Translations under genes and position numbers: made by a program
The notes under the pieces: generated by a model
What the model saw: the letters and a program-made list of their open reading frames with translations, nothing else
The model's database searches: none
Told to the model about the DNA's origin: nothing
Shown: positions 18,921 through 29,566 of the stretch, piece after piece
Layout: each line of letters begins with the position of its first letter
How positions within the stretch are numbered: position 1 is the first letter of the stretch
Assembly (NCBI GenBank): GCA_043732305.1
Contig: JAYTHU010000031.1
Span: 23,033-87,032, forward strand
Direction: 5' to 3'
DNA from: Oligoflexia bacterium
GTDB lineage: Bacteria; Bdellovibrionota; Bdellovibrionia; JABDDW01
Length of the DNA: 64,000 bases

Positions 18921-20264
18921 TTAATTTTCTCGTTCGACAATGACAGCTCCACCTTGTCCTCCTCCGATGCATAATGTTGCGAGTCCAAATTGGACTGATC
19001 TTCTCTGCATTTCTTTTAATAGTGTCAAAATCAATCGAGAGCCGGTCGCTCCGACTGGATGACCAAGCGCAATCGCTCCGCCATTCACGTTCAAAATAGA
19101 ATCGTCGAATTCTCCGAGCGCTTCATTCACACCCATGCGTTGCTCATAAAATTTAGCCGACGCCATAGCTCTGCGACACGCAATGACTTGCGCAGCGAAA
19201 GCTTCGTTGAGTTCAATGAGACCAATATCTTTCAATTTTAATCCAGCACGTTTCAATGCGAGTGGAGTCGCGAGTGCGGGACCAAGTCCCATGCGCTCGG
19301 GTTCCAAACCAGCAAAACCGTAAGAACGCATAACGCCCAGTGGTTTGTAGCCCATGCTCTCAGCTTTTGCTCGAGACATCATGAGCATCATGACGGCTCC
19401 GTCAGTGATGGGACAAGAGTTTCCAACAGTGATTGTTCCAAACTTTTTATCAAAAAAAGGTTTTAGTTTTGCGAGTTTTTCCATGCTGATATCTTTGCGT
19501 GGACCGACATCTTCTTTAAGATATTTGTCAAACTTAGGAGGCAAGAAAACAGCAGTCATCTCTTCTTGAAGTCTAGCTGCTGCAGCGAGCGCTTTTTTAT
19601 GCGAATTAAAAGCGTACTCATCTTGCTCTGTGCGAGAGATCTCAAATTCTTTGGCTAAAATTTCTGCGGTCTGGCCCATGTTGATTCCACAAACAGGATC
19701 AGTCAGGCCTTGCACAAGAGCAATATTTGGTTTGTTGGGAGTTTCTGCCATTGGACCGGTAGTCATGATGTCTTTGATCTGTGCAAAATCAGATTTGATC
19801 AAATTCATTAATGCGCCGATTCTCTGACCGCCACTCTTGGCAGAACCCAAAGCTTCAAGCGCTCTGACTTGAGTCTGACTCATCATGATGGGCATTTGTG
19901 ACATGCTCTCAGTGCCGCCTGCAATAACGGTATCAACCATCCCGCTTCGAATTTTATCAAACGCTTGAGAGACTGACTCCATGGCGGAGGCACAATTGCG
20001 ATGCACACTGTAAGCAGAAACTTCTTTGGGAATTCCTGCATTGAGCGCAATCACGCGAGAAATATTCACGGCATCTGCTGGGCTGCCAGTATTTCCGATG
20101 ATCACTTCTTGAATCGTTTTCACATCAAGATTAGTTTTATTTATTAATTCTTTTAAAGCCTGACGACCAAGCTCCACAGGATGCACATTCTTAAAGTTTG
20201 CTCCCGCTTTGACAAATGGCGTTCGTACGCCTTCAACAATGACAACATCATTCGGTGATTTCAT
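18921..20264 (-). CDS. fadI: Acetyl-CoA C-acyltransferase (thiolase)
   Basis: RTPF, NCAS, NEAFAAQ, GGAIALGHPVGATG, CIGGGQG; coupled to fadJ. Confidence 0.93.
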   Translation of the reverse strand: MKSPNDVVIVEGVRTPFVKAGANFKNVHPVELGRQALKELINKTNLDVKTIQEVIIGNTGSPADAVNISRVIALNAGIPKEVSAYSVHRNCASAMESVSQAFDKIRSGMVDTVIAGGTESMSQMPIMMSQTQVRALEALGSAKSGGQRIGALMNLIKSDFAQIKDIMTTGPMAETPNKPNIALVQGLTDPVCGINMGQTAEILAKEFEISRTEQDEYAFNSHKKALAAAARLQEEMTAVFLPPKFDKYLKEDVGPRKDISMEKLAKLKPFFDKKFGTITVGNSCPITDGAVMMLMMSRAKAESMGYKPLGVMRSYGFAGLEPERMGLGPALATPLALKRAGLKLKDIGLIELNEAFAAQVIACRRAMASAKFYEQRMGVNEALGEFDDSILNVNGGAIALGHPVGATGSRLILTLLKEMQRRSVQFGLATLCIGGGQGGAVIVEREN

Positions 20265-20303
20265 CTGGGTCCTCTCAGGTAAAGGTGCAACTCAAAAGTA
20301 GCA

Positions 20304-20331
20304 TTGACACCCCGACCCCCACAAGTCTAAT
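20304..20331 (+). promoter_or_regulatory. sigma70-like promoter for maeB-hflX
   Basis: TTGACA (20304-20309), 16-nt spacer, TCTAAT. Confidence 0.45.
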
Positions 20332-20361
20332 CTCTGCCTAATCTCTGGCCTAATCTTTGGT
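20327..20361 (+). repeat. Three tandem 11-12-bp direct repeats CTAATCT(C/T)TG
   Basis: ctaatctctgc / ctaatctctggc / ctaatctttggt between the fadI and maeB starts. Confidence 0.75.
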
Positions 20362-20381
20362 CACTATAAACAGGAGAATCC

Positions 20382-22661
20382 ATGCCCTTTGAAAAAGACG
20401 CGCTTGAGTATCATAGTTCTGGTCGCAAGGGAAAAATCGAAGTCGTTTCCACCAAGCCCTGCTTCACTTCGCGAGATCTTTCGCTCGCTTATACACCTGG
20501 CGTTGCTGAGCCGTGTAAAGCCATCGCTAAGGACGAAGAAAAAGTTTACGAATACACAACCAAAGGTAATTTGGTCGCAGTCATTTCGAACGGAACAGCC
20601 GTTTTAGGTCTAGGCAATATTGGCCCCTATGCCGGGAAACCCGTCATGGAAGGTAAAGGTATTTTATTTAAACGATTCGCGGATATCGATGTTTTCGATA
20701 TTGAGTTAGACACTCAAGACCCCGTTAAATTTGTCGAGGCAGTTAGACTTCTTCAACCCACCTTTGGTGGAATCAATCTTGAAGACATCAAAGCTCCTGA
20801 ATGTTTTTACATCGAAGAAGAACTCAAGAAAATCATGAAGATCCCCGTTTTTCATGATGATCAACATGGAACAGCCATTATCAGTGGCGCCGCATTCATC
20901 AATGCGCTAGAAATCACCGGAAAAAAAGCTGACGAAGTCAAAGTTGTTTTCAATGGTGGCGGTGCCGCAGCTATTGCGTGCGCTAAACTTTTTGTAAGTC
21001 TTGGCGTTCAGTACAAAAATCTTTTGATGTGTGACACCAAAGGAGTGATTTACAAGGGCCGCACTGAAGGCATGAACAAATATAAAGAAATCTTTGCCGC
21101 GGAAACAGCCAGACGCACTCTGACTGACGCGCTCATTGGTGCAGACGTTTTTGTAGGTGTCAGTGTCAAAGGCGCTGTCACCAAAGACATGCTCATGGGC
21201 ATGGCAAAAGGTCCTATTGTTTTTGCAATGGCCAATCCCGACCCCGAAATCTCGTACGAAGACGCTATTGCTGCTAGACCCGATGTTTTGATGGCTACTG
21301 GCCGCAGTGATTATCCTAATCAAGTGAATAACGTTTTGGGTTTCCCGTTTATTTTCCGCGGGGCACTCGATGTCCGCGCGACTACCATAAATGAGGAAAT
21401 GAAAATTGCAGCAGTGCACGCACTTGCTCAATTGGCGCGCGAAGATGTTCCCGATTCCGTTTCACGCGCCTACGGCGGGAAGAAATTTAAATTTGGTCCT
21501 GAATATATTATTCCGAAACCTTTTGATCCCCGTGTTTTACTCTGGGTTGCTCCCGCAGTCGCAGAAGCTGCCGGTAAATCCGGAGTCGCCAAAAACCCCA
21601 TCAAAAATATGGCGGAATATAAAGAACAGCTCGAAAAGCTTTTAGGGACATCTCGCGGAATCATTCGAAACGTCATCAACAAAGTCAAACACACCTCTAG
21701 CAACTCTTCATTGCCTTCGATTGTTTTCCCCGAAGGCTACAACGATAAAGTTTTAAGAGCATGCAACGCTATTTTAGAAGAAGGAATGGCACGCCCCATT
21801 ATATTGGGCAATGAAACCAACGTCCGCAATCGAATCAAAGAACTAGATTTAAAAATACTCAATAATGTTCCGATCATTCAGCCCATCAAATCGCCAAAGT
21901 TTGCAGTTTATGCTCGAAAATTTCATGACATGCGAAAACGCAAAGGTCTCACACTCGCTGAAAGCGAACGTTTGATCTATGACCCAAATTATTTTGGCGC
22001 CATGATGGTTCACATGGGCGATGCCGATGGATTCATCAATGGAGTCACGCAAAGTTATCCTGAAGGTGTCAGACCCATTCTGCGTGTGCTTGGTGTGAAC
22101 CCCGGCGAAGTCGCATCTGGCCTTTACATGATGGTCATGAAAAATCGCCTGCTCTTTTTTGCCGACACCACAGTAAACATTGATCCGACAGCAGAAGAAT
22201 TAGCCATCATTGCTATTCACAGTGCAGACACTGCTCGTTTTTTTGACGTCGAGCCTCGCATTGCCATGCTGAGCTTTTCTAACTTCGGCAGCATGAAAGC
22301 AGCAACGACTGTAAAAATGCAAAGGGCTGCAGAAATCGTCAGACAGAAACGTCCAGATCTTATTGTCGATGGAGAAATGCAGGCCGATGCGGCCGTTGAT
22401 CCAAGAATAATTAAAGAGCAATTTCCTTTCTGCGAAATCAAAGATGGCGCGAACGTTTTGATTTTCCCCGATTTAAATTCTGGGAACATTTCATACAAAC
22501 TCATGCAGCGCTTAGGCGGAGCGGAAGCTATCGGTCCCATTTTGATGGGCGTGACCAAACCTGCCAACACCATGCAACGTGCAGTAGATGTGAATGACAT
22601 AGTAAATATGGCAGCCATCACGGCCATTCAATGTCAAAGTTTGAGAAATCCAAACGCATGA
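20382..22661 (+). CDS. maeB: NADP-dependent malic enzyme with phosphotransacetylase-like C-terminal domain
   Basis: [46 protein letters not shown]-like half with DGEMQAD. Confidence 0.96.
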   Translation: MPFEKDALEYHSSGRKGKIEVVSTKPCFTSRDLSLAYTPGVAEPCKAIAKDEEKVYEYTTKGNLVAVISNGTAVLGLGNIGPYAGKPVMEGKGILFKRFADIDVFDIELDTQDPVKFVEAVRLLQPTFGGINLEDIKAPECFYIEEELKKIMKIPVFHDDQHGTAIISGAAFINALEITGKKADEVKVVFNGGGAAAIACAKLFVSLGVQYKNLLMCDTKGVIYKGRTEGMNKYKEIFAAETARRTLTDALIGADVFVGVSVKGAVTKDMLMGMAKGPIVFAMANPDPEISYEDAIAARPDVLMATGRSDYPNQVNNVLGFPFIFRGALDVRATTINEEMKIAAVHALAQLAREDVPDSVSRAYGGKKFKFGPEYIIPKPFDPRVLLWVAPAVAEAAGKSGVAKNPIKNMAEYKEQLEKLLGTSRGIIRNVINKVKHTSSNSSLPSIVFPEGYNDKVLRACNAILEEGMARPIILGNETNVRNRIKELDLKILNNVPIIQPIKSPKFAVYARKFHDMRKRKGLTLAESERLIYDPNYFGAMMVHMGDADGFINGVTQSYPEGVRPILRVLGVNPGEVASGLYMMVMKNRLLFFADTTVNIDPTAEELAIIAIHSADTARFFDVEPRIAMLSFSNFGSMKAATTVKMQRAAEIVRQKRPDLIVDGEMQADAAVDPRIIKEQFPFCEIKDGANVLIFPDLNSGNISYKLMQRLGGAEAIGPILMGVTKPANTMQRAVDVNDIVNMAAITAIQCQSLRNPNA

Positions 22662-23917
22662 TTGATTTAGGTACTCAGCAAGAAAAAGTAATTCTGTGCG
22701 GAGTCGGATTAAGATCCGATCCTACGGGGCAAATCCAAGACAACTTGAATGAACTGGCTCTTCTTTGCGAAACCGCGGGCGGACTTGTTGTCGGAATCAC
22801 GTCTCAAAAACTAGAAAGAATTGTCTCATCCACATTTATTGGCAAAGGCAAGGTAGAAGAACTCGCTAAACTCCGTGAGGAAACTGGCGCTAACTTAGTG
22901 ATTATAGATGCTAAACTTTCTGGCGCTCAGCAAAGAAATCTGCATGAAATTATCAAGTGCCGAGTCATTGATCGATCACAGCTTATCATAGATATTTTTG
23001 CTCAACGTGCACGCACTCGAGAGGGTCAGCTTCAAGTTGAACTGGCACAATTGAAAGATCAATTGCCTCGTTTGATCGGGGAAGCCATCGCAGGTTTATC
23101 CAAACTCGCCGGCGGAATTGGAACCAGAGGTCCTGGTGAAACTAAACTTGAAATGGATAGGCGAAAGGTCAAAGAAAAAATCGAACACGTGACCAAAGAA
23201 TTGGAACATGTTCGAAAATCTCGAGCACTGCATCGGTCACGAAGAAAATCTTCGCACATTTCTACTTTGGCTCTGGTTGGTTACACCAACTCCGGAAAAT
23301 CAACGCTTTTGAATGTGATGACAAATGCTAACGTGGTCGCCGAAAATAAATTATTTGTAACCCTCGATCCCACCACTCGAAAATTATTTTTACCAAGTGG
23401 ACGCCAAGCCGTCATAACGGACACCGTCGGTTTTATCAATAAACTTCCCACGCATTTGATTGAAGCTTTCAAAGCGACATTTGAAGAAATCAAAGAAGCT
23501 GACATGGTTTTGCATGTTCACGATTCTTGTCACCCACTTTATGCTCAGCATGCTCAAACGGTGATTGGTTTGCTTGCCGAATTAGAAGTGGATCCGAAAA
23601 AAATCTTCAACGTTTACAATAAAATGGATTTGATTGGGACTGCACTCGACAAGCAGATTGCACGTATTTCTCCATTCGTGAATGTGTCAGCCTTGACTGG
23701 TACCGGGCTCAAAGAACTTGTCACTGCTATTGAAGAGTCATTCGAGTCTCAAGTTTTCCCTGTGGATCTTTACCTGCCAACCAGTGACCCCCGACTTATT
23801 TTCAAACTTGCTCGTGATGGTAAGATTCTCTCACAGGAATCCGGACCCAACATCACTCACTGCAAGGTGGAACTGAGCGAAGAAGCTCTGCAACGATGGT
23901 CAGAGTACCTGGGTTAA
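22658..23917 (+). CDS. hflX: GTPase HflX
   Basis: [42 protein letters not shown] overlap with maeB. Confidence 0.95.
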   Translation: MIDLGTQQEKVILCGVGLRSDPTGQIQDNLNELALLCETAGGLVVGITSQKLERIVSSTFIGKGKVEELAKLREETGANLVIIDAKLSGAQQRNLHEIIKCRVIDRSQLIIDIFAQRARTREGQLQVELAQLKDQLPRLIGEAIAGLSKLAGGIGTRGPGETKLEMDRRKVKEKIEHVTKELEHVRKSRALHRSRRKSSHISTLALVGYTNSGKSTLLNVMTNANVVAENKLFVTLDPTTRKLFLPSGRQAVITDTVGFINKLPTHLIEAFKATFEEIKEADMVLHVHDSCHPLYAQHAQTVIGLLAELEVDPKKIFNVYNKMDLIGTALDKQIARISPFVNVSALTGTGLKELVTAIEESFESQVFPVDLYLPTSDPRLIFKLARDGKILSQESGPNITHCKVELSEEALQRWSEYLG

Positions 23918-24046
23918 AGAAAGTTACTGTGCTTTTGGAGGAGCCCAAGGGCTCGAGAAATCGTAATTTAGTTTTTCTCGACCAGTGATTTCAATTTTTG
24001 CTTTGCTGAAACTTTCCATTCCAGACTTTTTGCCCTTCATAGACGA

Positions 24047-24247
24047 TCAAAATCCACTGACCATTTCAATTGGTAGATGATGAATACCTTGGGCTTCTAG
24101 TCTTCTAAAAAGAACAACTGCGCCAATTTTAGCAAAAAGAATTCCACCAACAGAAACGCCAGCAGGATCTTTCACACGAATTGTAAACCCTTCGCCAACC
24201 CGAAACTGGCGCATTTTCTCTTCAAGATATTTCGTGTCTCTGTTCAT
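24047..24247 (-). CDS. Small hypothetical protein, possibly Sm/SH3-like beta fold
   Basis: 66-aa ORF filling an intergenic gap; one helix followed by alternating beta-strand patterns. Confidence 0.4.
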   Translation of the reverse strand: MNRDTKYLEEKMRQFRVGEGFTIRVKDPAGVSVGGILFAKIGAVVLFRRLEAQGIHHLPIEMVSGF

Positions 24248-24278
24248 TGAAGAATTTTAAGCGAAGGATCTTTAAAAG

Positions 24279-24328
24279 AATTCGGAGTATCCGAAATAAA
24301 TCCTCGAGAGCCTTTGGCACTCCGAATT
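24279..24328 (-). terminator. Hairpin downstream of the LolC/E-type permease
   Basis: Minus strand AATTCGGAGTG...TACTCCGAATT inverted repeat followed by CTTTT. Confidence 0.45.
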
Positions 24329-24336
24329 ACGGTATT

Positions 24337-25578
24337 TTAGGAGCGAAAGCTATCGAGAGGATCTGTGTTTGCGACCTTGATAGCAGGGCCGATGGCGCTG
24401 AGAAAAGTCAGAATAGCCCCAAGCAAGACAATTCCAGCTATGACTAAAAATTCAATTTTTACCGGAAAGTGAGTGTCTAAAAAAACATCGGGCAGATGAA
24501 TAATAGGGAAAGTTTTTATGACCCAACAAATCAAAAGTCCGAGGAGAGTTCCACTTCCAATCCCCAAAGCTCCAAGAATCAAACCAATGTAAATAAAAAT
24601 AGCCATGATCTGTTTCTTCTTGGCGCCTAGAGCTTTTAAAATTCCTACGTCCTTTTCTTTTTCTGTCACCAGTAGAAACAAAACGGACATGATAGAAAAA
24701 CTGCTAATTAAAATAGTTAGACCCAGAAACATGCTCATGAGCCGTTTTTCCATTTTGAGCGAATAAAAAAGAGCTGAATTGAGATCCTGCCAAGTCTTCA
24801 CACCGGTCACTCCCTCAGCAATTAATCGCTCTTTGACCTGCAGAGCGTAGTCGGGACTAGGAAGCATAATTTCAAAACCGCTTTCAAGAGAAGCTGTGTC
24901 ACGAAATTTCCGCAGACCATTGACTTGGGAATCCTGGCGAAAATAAATGTATTTCGAATCATAATCAGAGAAATCTGCTCGCAAAAGTGCACGCACTTTT
25001 ACTTTTTGGTAAGTCGGAGTTTCTCCAGGAACAAGTAAACTCTCGGGTGAAATAACGGTCACTTCATCCCCTTCAAAAACTCCAAGACTTCGAGCTAGAT
25101 CAACACCAATGGCAATTTCATCTTTTCCTAAAAGTAACTTTTCATCAGAAGACTTTGTCTTGCCGGTGGAATAAGTGCCGTTTGCATCTTCAATAATTTC
25201 AACCGAATGACCAACTCTTTTACCCATCTGATTGATACGTGAAAGTTCGGCGCCGTAAGCTTCGGCACCAGTAAAAAGACCATCCACTGTTCGCACGATC
25301 ACGTCTTGACGACTAAAAGATGTCATGGACTGCGTAGAGATATCTTTTTTGAGTGTTATTTCCTGCGCAGGTGTCAGACCGGTAATAGTGAGGTGTGGCT
25401 GAGAGTGCAAAAGTCTTTTCTCAATCGCTTCGTCGAAGCCGCTCATCACCGATAAAACCACAATCATTGTCAAAACACCAAGTGAAATGCCCGAGATTGA
25501 AATCCACGCAAGGACACGGACGACGGATGAATGCGACGACGTCAGCAGGTAACGTTTTAAGAAAAGCTTCTCTAACAT
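24337..25578 (-). CDS. LolC/LolE-family (FtsX-like) ABC permease
   Basis: ISISGISLGV...VLSVMSGF, TWQDLN, EKEKDVGILKALGA; 4-TM topology. Confidence 0.88.
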   Translation of the reverse strand: MLEKLFLKRYLLTSSHSSVVRVLAWISISGISLGVLTMIVVLSVMSGFDEAIEKRLLHSQPHLTITGLTPAQEITLKKDISTQSMTSFSRQDVIVRTVDGLFTGAEAYGAELSRINQMGKRVGHSVEIIEDANGTYSTGKTKSSDEKLLLGKDEIAIGVDLARSLGVFEGDEVTVISPESLLVPGETPTYQKVKVRALLRADFSDYDSKYIYFRQDSQVNGLRKFRDTASLESGFEIMLPSPDYALQVKERLIAEGVTGVKTWQDLNSALFYSLKMEKRLMSMFLGLTILISSFSIMSVLFLLVTEKEKDVGILKALGAKKKQIMAIFIYIGLILGALGIGSGTLLGLLICWVIKTFPIIHLPDVFLDTHFPVKIEFLVIAGIVLLGAILTFLSAIGPAIKVANTDPLDSFRS

Positions 25579-25582
25579 TTTC

Positions 25583-26035
25583 CTATTTGATTATACTTTT
25601 TCGAATTTTTCCAAGGAAATCAAACAAACGATGAATAGGTTGACCAAGCGCCGCTTTTAATTGCAATGAAGACTTGGCGCTTTTCTTAAAATTAGAGATC
25701 ATTTGCTTTCGCAAAATCTCCTCTAAGCTCTCTTTCTCCAAAATATTCAATGCCATTTTCACGGCCTCGAAATTTGGAGATGAATCAAATCGAACAGCTT
25801 GAGTGACATTGCCCTCTTTACCTGACTCGACAACTAAGCCTGTCTTGATCCCCTCGACACAATTCCACTCTGTCAGTTGACCATGAAACATGAGCTGTTG
25901 TTTGATGACCTGTTTTGCGCCGTTGATCCATGTGACAAGATCCGCATTGCCTTCACTGCGATACCAAAAGCTCACAACCTCTTGAGGTTTGCCCTTGGTT
26001 GGAACCTGAATGACGTTCATGGCCATCATTTTCAT
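25583..26035 (-). CDS. Hypothetical protein in the mla operon
   Basis: 150-aa ORF with a 4-nt overlap with mlaD. Confidence 0.7.
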   Translation of the reverse strand: MKMMAMNVIQVPTKGKPQEVVSFWYRSEGNADLVTWINGAKQVIKQQLMFHGQLTEWNCVEGIKTGLVVESGKEGNVTQAVRFDSSPNFEAVKMALNILEKESLEEILRKQMISNFKKSAKSSLQLKAALGQPIHRLFDFLGKIRKSIIK

Positions 26036-26985
26036 TGGCTTGCAGGAATTCTTTGTTGTTTCTTGAGAAGCTCAGCTGCGACGGCAGCGGCTTCTTCTTC
26101 TTTTACTTCTTTAACCGAACTCTTCAGTAAAAAAGAGCGCTGCATGGCTTTTAGAACCACCACGGCTTCACGAATAGCTTGCACACTCTGTGCGCTCACC
26201 TCAGGAATTTGGGGCGCAACCTGCGCGATTACGGGGAGAATTTTATTTAGTTCTTCCGTCGTCTTTTTAAGTTCAGACATGACGGCCATGCTATCAGCGC
26301 CAAGCCTTGGAAGATTTTTGGAAAACTCTTTTACCTGAGGTAAAAGTTCTGCAGTTTCTTGCAAAGTTTTAGCAAGATTTTTTCGACGAGTCATCTGCTC
26401 CGCCATTTCGTTTAAATTCCGCATGGTAGGAAGTGCTTGATCGAATATTCCAATAAATTCTTCAGAACGCTTAGGATCGGAAAAAGCCTGAGCCACAAAT
26501 TGTAAGTTCTTAAGTAGCGAATCAAGAGTTTTAAGATACGGTCCCAAGTGGCCGCCACCAAGCAAATCCATAAGATCTATGGTCTCCTCGCTTGCAATCC
26601 ACTCGCCAGATTTTGTAATATCGCCTGAGCTGCCGGCTGTTATCTCAAGTGATTTATCACCAATGATAAAAGGTCTGATCACTCGCGCAATAGAATCTTT
26701 TTTTATTTTCTTAGCAAAATCAGAACGTACACTGAGGGTGACTTCAATCTGATTGTCTTCGGTGATGTTTACTTTTTCTACAGATCCAGCTCTCAGACCT
26801 AGCATTTGCACGGCAGTGCCAGCATGCAACCCATCTCCCTGAACGAGCTTTGTTTTAAAGGTAGATCGACTTGCAAACCAACCTTGTTTCATAGCAATGA
26901 AAATTGTAAACACAGCAAAACCCACGAAGCTTATCGCAACAAATAATCCGGCGGTTTTCTCTATTTTACTAAACTGCTCGCGCAT
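26032..26985 (-). CDS. mlaD: MlaD/MCE-family protein
   Basis: N-terminal TM, GLHAGTAVQMLGLRAGSV, IIGDKSLEI, helical C-terminus. Confidence 0.88.
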   Translation of the reverse strand: MREQFSKIEKTAGLFVAISFVGFAVFTIFIAMKQGWFASRSTFKTKLVQGDGLHAGTAVQMLGLRAGSVEKVNITEDNQIEVTLSVRSDFAKKIKKDSIARVIRPFIIGDKSLEITAGSSGDITKSGEWIASEETIDLMDLLGGGHLGPYLKTLDSLLKNLQFVAQAFSDPKRSEEFIGIFDQALPTMRNLNEMAEQMTRRKNLAKTLQETAELLPQVKEFSKNLPRLGADSMAVMSELKKTTEELNKILPVIAQVAPQIPEVSAQSVQAIREAVVVLKAMQRSFLLKSSVKEVKEEEAAAVAAELLKKQQRIPASQ

Positions 26986-27670
26986 CGAGCTTGCCTTCCT
27001 TCAACGTCCATTGTTTTGCACCAATGCTCTCAACAAATTTAGCATCTTGAGTGCTGAAGAGCAGAAGACTGTCCTTCACACTTACTTCTCGGAATTTTTT
27101 AATCCATTTCTTAAGTGATTCTACCGCTTCTTCACCAATGCCTAGACTAGGCTCGTCCAGAAAAATAATTTGCGGGTTCACAAGAAAACAACGCACGATC
27201 CCCGTCACCTTACGCACGCTTGGAGAAACTTCGTCTGGCTTTAAGTCCAGGAATTTCGCGAGTTTAAAATCGGAAACCAAAGCGTCGTACAGGTCCTGAC
27301 TTCGCTGAGATCTCCACTGATTGTGATAATTGAGTGAAAGTTTTAAGTTTTCGTCGATAGTTTTATTCATCATCACACCGCCATTTTCAAAACAAAAAGC
27401 CGTGCTGAGTTTGAGAGGAATCAATTCTTCGAAAGGAAGAACATTCACATTTTTGTTATTGTATAGCACTTGTCCACTGGTAGGCCGACTAAGCCCCGCG
27501 ATAATTTTTAGCAGCAAGGATTTACCTGAAGAATCTCCACCGTATATCGCAATGCATTCGCCGAGCGGAATCTCAACGTTGATCGAGTCCAAAATTTCTT
27601 CCCGAGTTTCAAATTTGAGTGAAATATTTTCCAATATAATTTTTATGACGCGCTCTCGGGGTTTAATCAC
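26969..27670 (-). CDS. mlaF: MlaF-like ABC ATP-binding protein (atypical motifs)
   Basis: Walker A GGDSSGKS, Walker B IFLDEP; lies between mlaE and mlaD. Confidence 0.8.
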   Translation of the reverse strand: MIKPRERVIKIILENISLKFETREEILDSINVEIPLGECIAIYGGDSSGKSLLLKIIAGLSRPTSGQVLYNNKNVNVLPFEELIPLKLSTAFCFENGGVMMNKTIDENLKLSLNYHNQWRSQRSQDLYDALVSDFKLAKFLDLKPDEVSPSVRKVTGIVRCFLVNPQIIFLDEPSLGIGEEAVESLKKWIKKFREVSVKDSLLLFSTQDAKFVESIGAKQWTLKEGKLDARAV

Positions 27671-28488
27671 AATATCCCCAATTGCTTTAAGCTTTGAAGG
27701 TAAACGCCTAACGAGACTAGGCTATTGAATGAGACCGTGTAAAGGATGCTGTTCATAACCGCACTCGTTGTCATTCTTGGAACCTCGGTGAATGAACTCT
27801 TCACACTCATGCCCTGATAGCAAGAAACACTGAAAATAATCAGGCCGCTAAAAATATTTTTAAGAAGAAAGAGCAAGACATCAGTTCCAGAGATCGCATT
27901 GGCAATGCTCTCAGAGAAAAAATCGAAAGAAATGGGATGAATGATATTTACTAAAAAATAACCACCAAAGAGAGCCACCATGCTGAAGAAAAATCCCAAG
28001 CAAACCACACTGACCACGCCTGCCACAATTCGGGGAAAGACAATATAACTCAATGGATTTATTCCCACGCTTTCAAGCAGGGTGATCTCGCTATTCACAC
28101 GCATATTGCCAATCTCACTAGCCACGGCGGTTCCTGAACGCGCAATCACCACCAATGCCACAATGAGAGGGCCAAGTTCCCTCACAATTAAAACCACCAG
28201 TAGATTTCCGAGCATTTCTCCGCCACCCAGTTTAGACAACTGGGAAACACTCTGCAATATGGCGAATGATCCAGTGATGAGAGCAAGCAATCCAATCAAA
28301 GGCATGGCTTGAAAACCTGTGAAATAAATCTGTGCCAAAATGACTTTTAGAATTTCAATAAAACTTTGCTCGCGCATTCTTGTGATGGAAGTCTTCGTGG
28401 TGAAATAAACCATCTTGCAGATTTCGAAGGAAAATAAGAAAAAATTGAGAATTTTGAGTCCAAGACGATTGGCTAGTTTTATAATCAC
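27667..28488 (-). CDS. mlaE: MlaE-family permease
   Basis: RELGPL, ARSGTAVASEIGNM, PRIVAG. Confidence 0.92.
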   Translation of the reverse strand: MIIKLANRLGLKILNFFLFSFEICKMVYFTTKTSITRMREQSFIEILKVILAQIYFTGFQAMPLIGLLALITGSFAILQSVSQLSKLGGGEMLGNLLVVLIVRELGPLIVALVVIARSGTAVASEIGNMRVNSEITLLESVGINPLSYIVFPRIVAGVVSVVCLGFFFSMVALFGGYFLVNIIHPISFDFFSESIANAISGTDVLLFLLKNIFSGLIIFSVSCYQGMSVKSSFTEVPRMTTSAVMNSILYTVSFNSLVSLGVYLQSLKQLGIL

Positions 28489-28508
28489 TGTCTTTACCTC
28501 CCATTTAA

Positions 28509-28536
28509 CTGTCGGCCAGGCAAAGGAAGGGCTTTA
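28509..28536 (-). promoter_or_regulatory. sigma28 (FliA)-like promoter for the mla operon
   Basis: Minus strand TAAA-N16-GCCGACAG, just upstream of the GGGAGG RBS. Confidence 0.4.
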
Positions 28537-28566
28537 GAATATATTGGCGCTAACCGAAAAATATTT

Positions 28567-29547
28567 ATGGACCAAAACTCTTATTGTGTCATGGCTATCG
28601 ATGTCTTTATGAAAATGCAGGGACATATCCCGTTTGACGTTTACGTTAAACGCGCGGATAAAACCTTCACAAAAGTCTTTCAAAAGGGCGACATGATTGA
28701 TCTTAAACGCTTCGAAATTTATGTCACCAAAGGTGTTGATTCGATTTTCATTCTTAAAAAAGATCGTCGGCAATACATCAATTCCACTGACAAGATGATC
28801 ACAAAGATGTTGGGCGTGCAAAAGGTGAAATTGGCCGATGCCTCATTTGCAGTTCAAGAACTTACCGAACAAATTTTGTTTGAGATCTATGAAGACAATG
28901 TTTTTGATGAAGAAACGTTGAACATCGCGCAACGCTATACAAAATCATTTGTGCAACTGATGAGACAAGACGTTTCGGTACTGACCGCATTTCTGAAAAT
29001 GTCTCACAATGAAACTTTCATGGTGAGACATTCCCTTTCGACCGCCATTTTTGGATTGCTTCTCGCAAAATCTGATGGAATCTCGAGCGATAAAATGCTG
29101 GAAATCATTTGTCTTGGAGGACTACTTCACGATATTGGAATGTCGACGCTATCAAATGATCTTAACGTTTATGAAAAACCACTCAGCCGCTCGGAAGCAG
29201 TGCAAGTGAAAGCTCATACTGAGAATGGCACCAAACTCATAGACAAGATTCCGGATTTCCCCGAGGAAGTAAAACTCGTGATTCAACAACATCACGAGTC
29301 TTTCAACGGCCAAGGATATCCGAACGGTCTATTTGGTGACAGTATTTTTTATCCCGCACGCGTGATCAACATTGCAGACGCATTCTCCGCCCTGACCACC
29401 CGTCATGCCGGTCGCCAAATCTATACGCCCAGTCAAGCTATGGATTTGATGATTAGAGAAAAAGCTAAGTTTGATCCAAAGCTTTTAAAGAAATTCGAAG
29501 CGCTATTTCAGCCACCGCGCACTCCTACAAAAAAAACAGCAGCATAA
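28567..29547 (+). CDS. HD-GYP domain protein (cyclic dinucleotide phosphodiesterase-like)
   Basis: LLHDIG, QHHESFNGQGYP, IADAFSALT, FDP. Confidence 0.9.
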   Translation: MDQNSYCVMAIDVFMKMQGHIPFDVYVKRADKTFTKVFQKGDMIDLKRFEIYVTKGVDSIFILKKDRRQYINSTDKMITKMLGVQKVKLADASFAVQELTEQILFEIYEDNVFDEETLNIAQRYTKSFVQLMRQDVSVLTAFLKMSHNETFMVRHSLSTAIFGLLLAKSDGISSDKMLEIICLGGLLHDIGMSTLSNDLNVYEKPLSRSEAVQVKAHTENGTKLIDKIPDFPEEVKLVIQQHHESFNGQGYPNGLFGDSIFYPARVINIADAFSALTTRHAGRQIYTPSQAMDLMIREKAKFDPKLLKKFEALFQPPRTPTKKTAA

Positions 29548-29566
29548 AATCACAGACTGAAATCGC

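Noticed and set aside
18896..18988. N-terminal extension of FadJ in the ORF track
   Set aside because: It overlaps the conserved thiolase C-terminus; the ATG at 18895 gives a normal-length protein.
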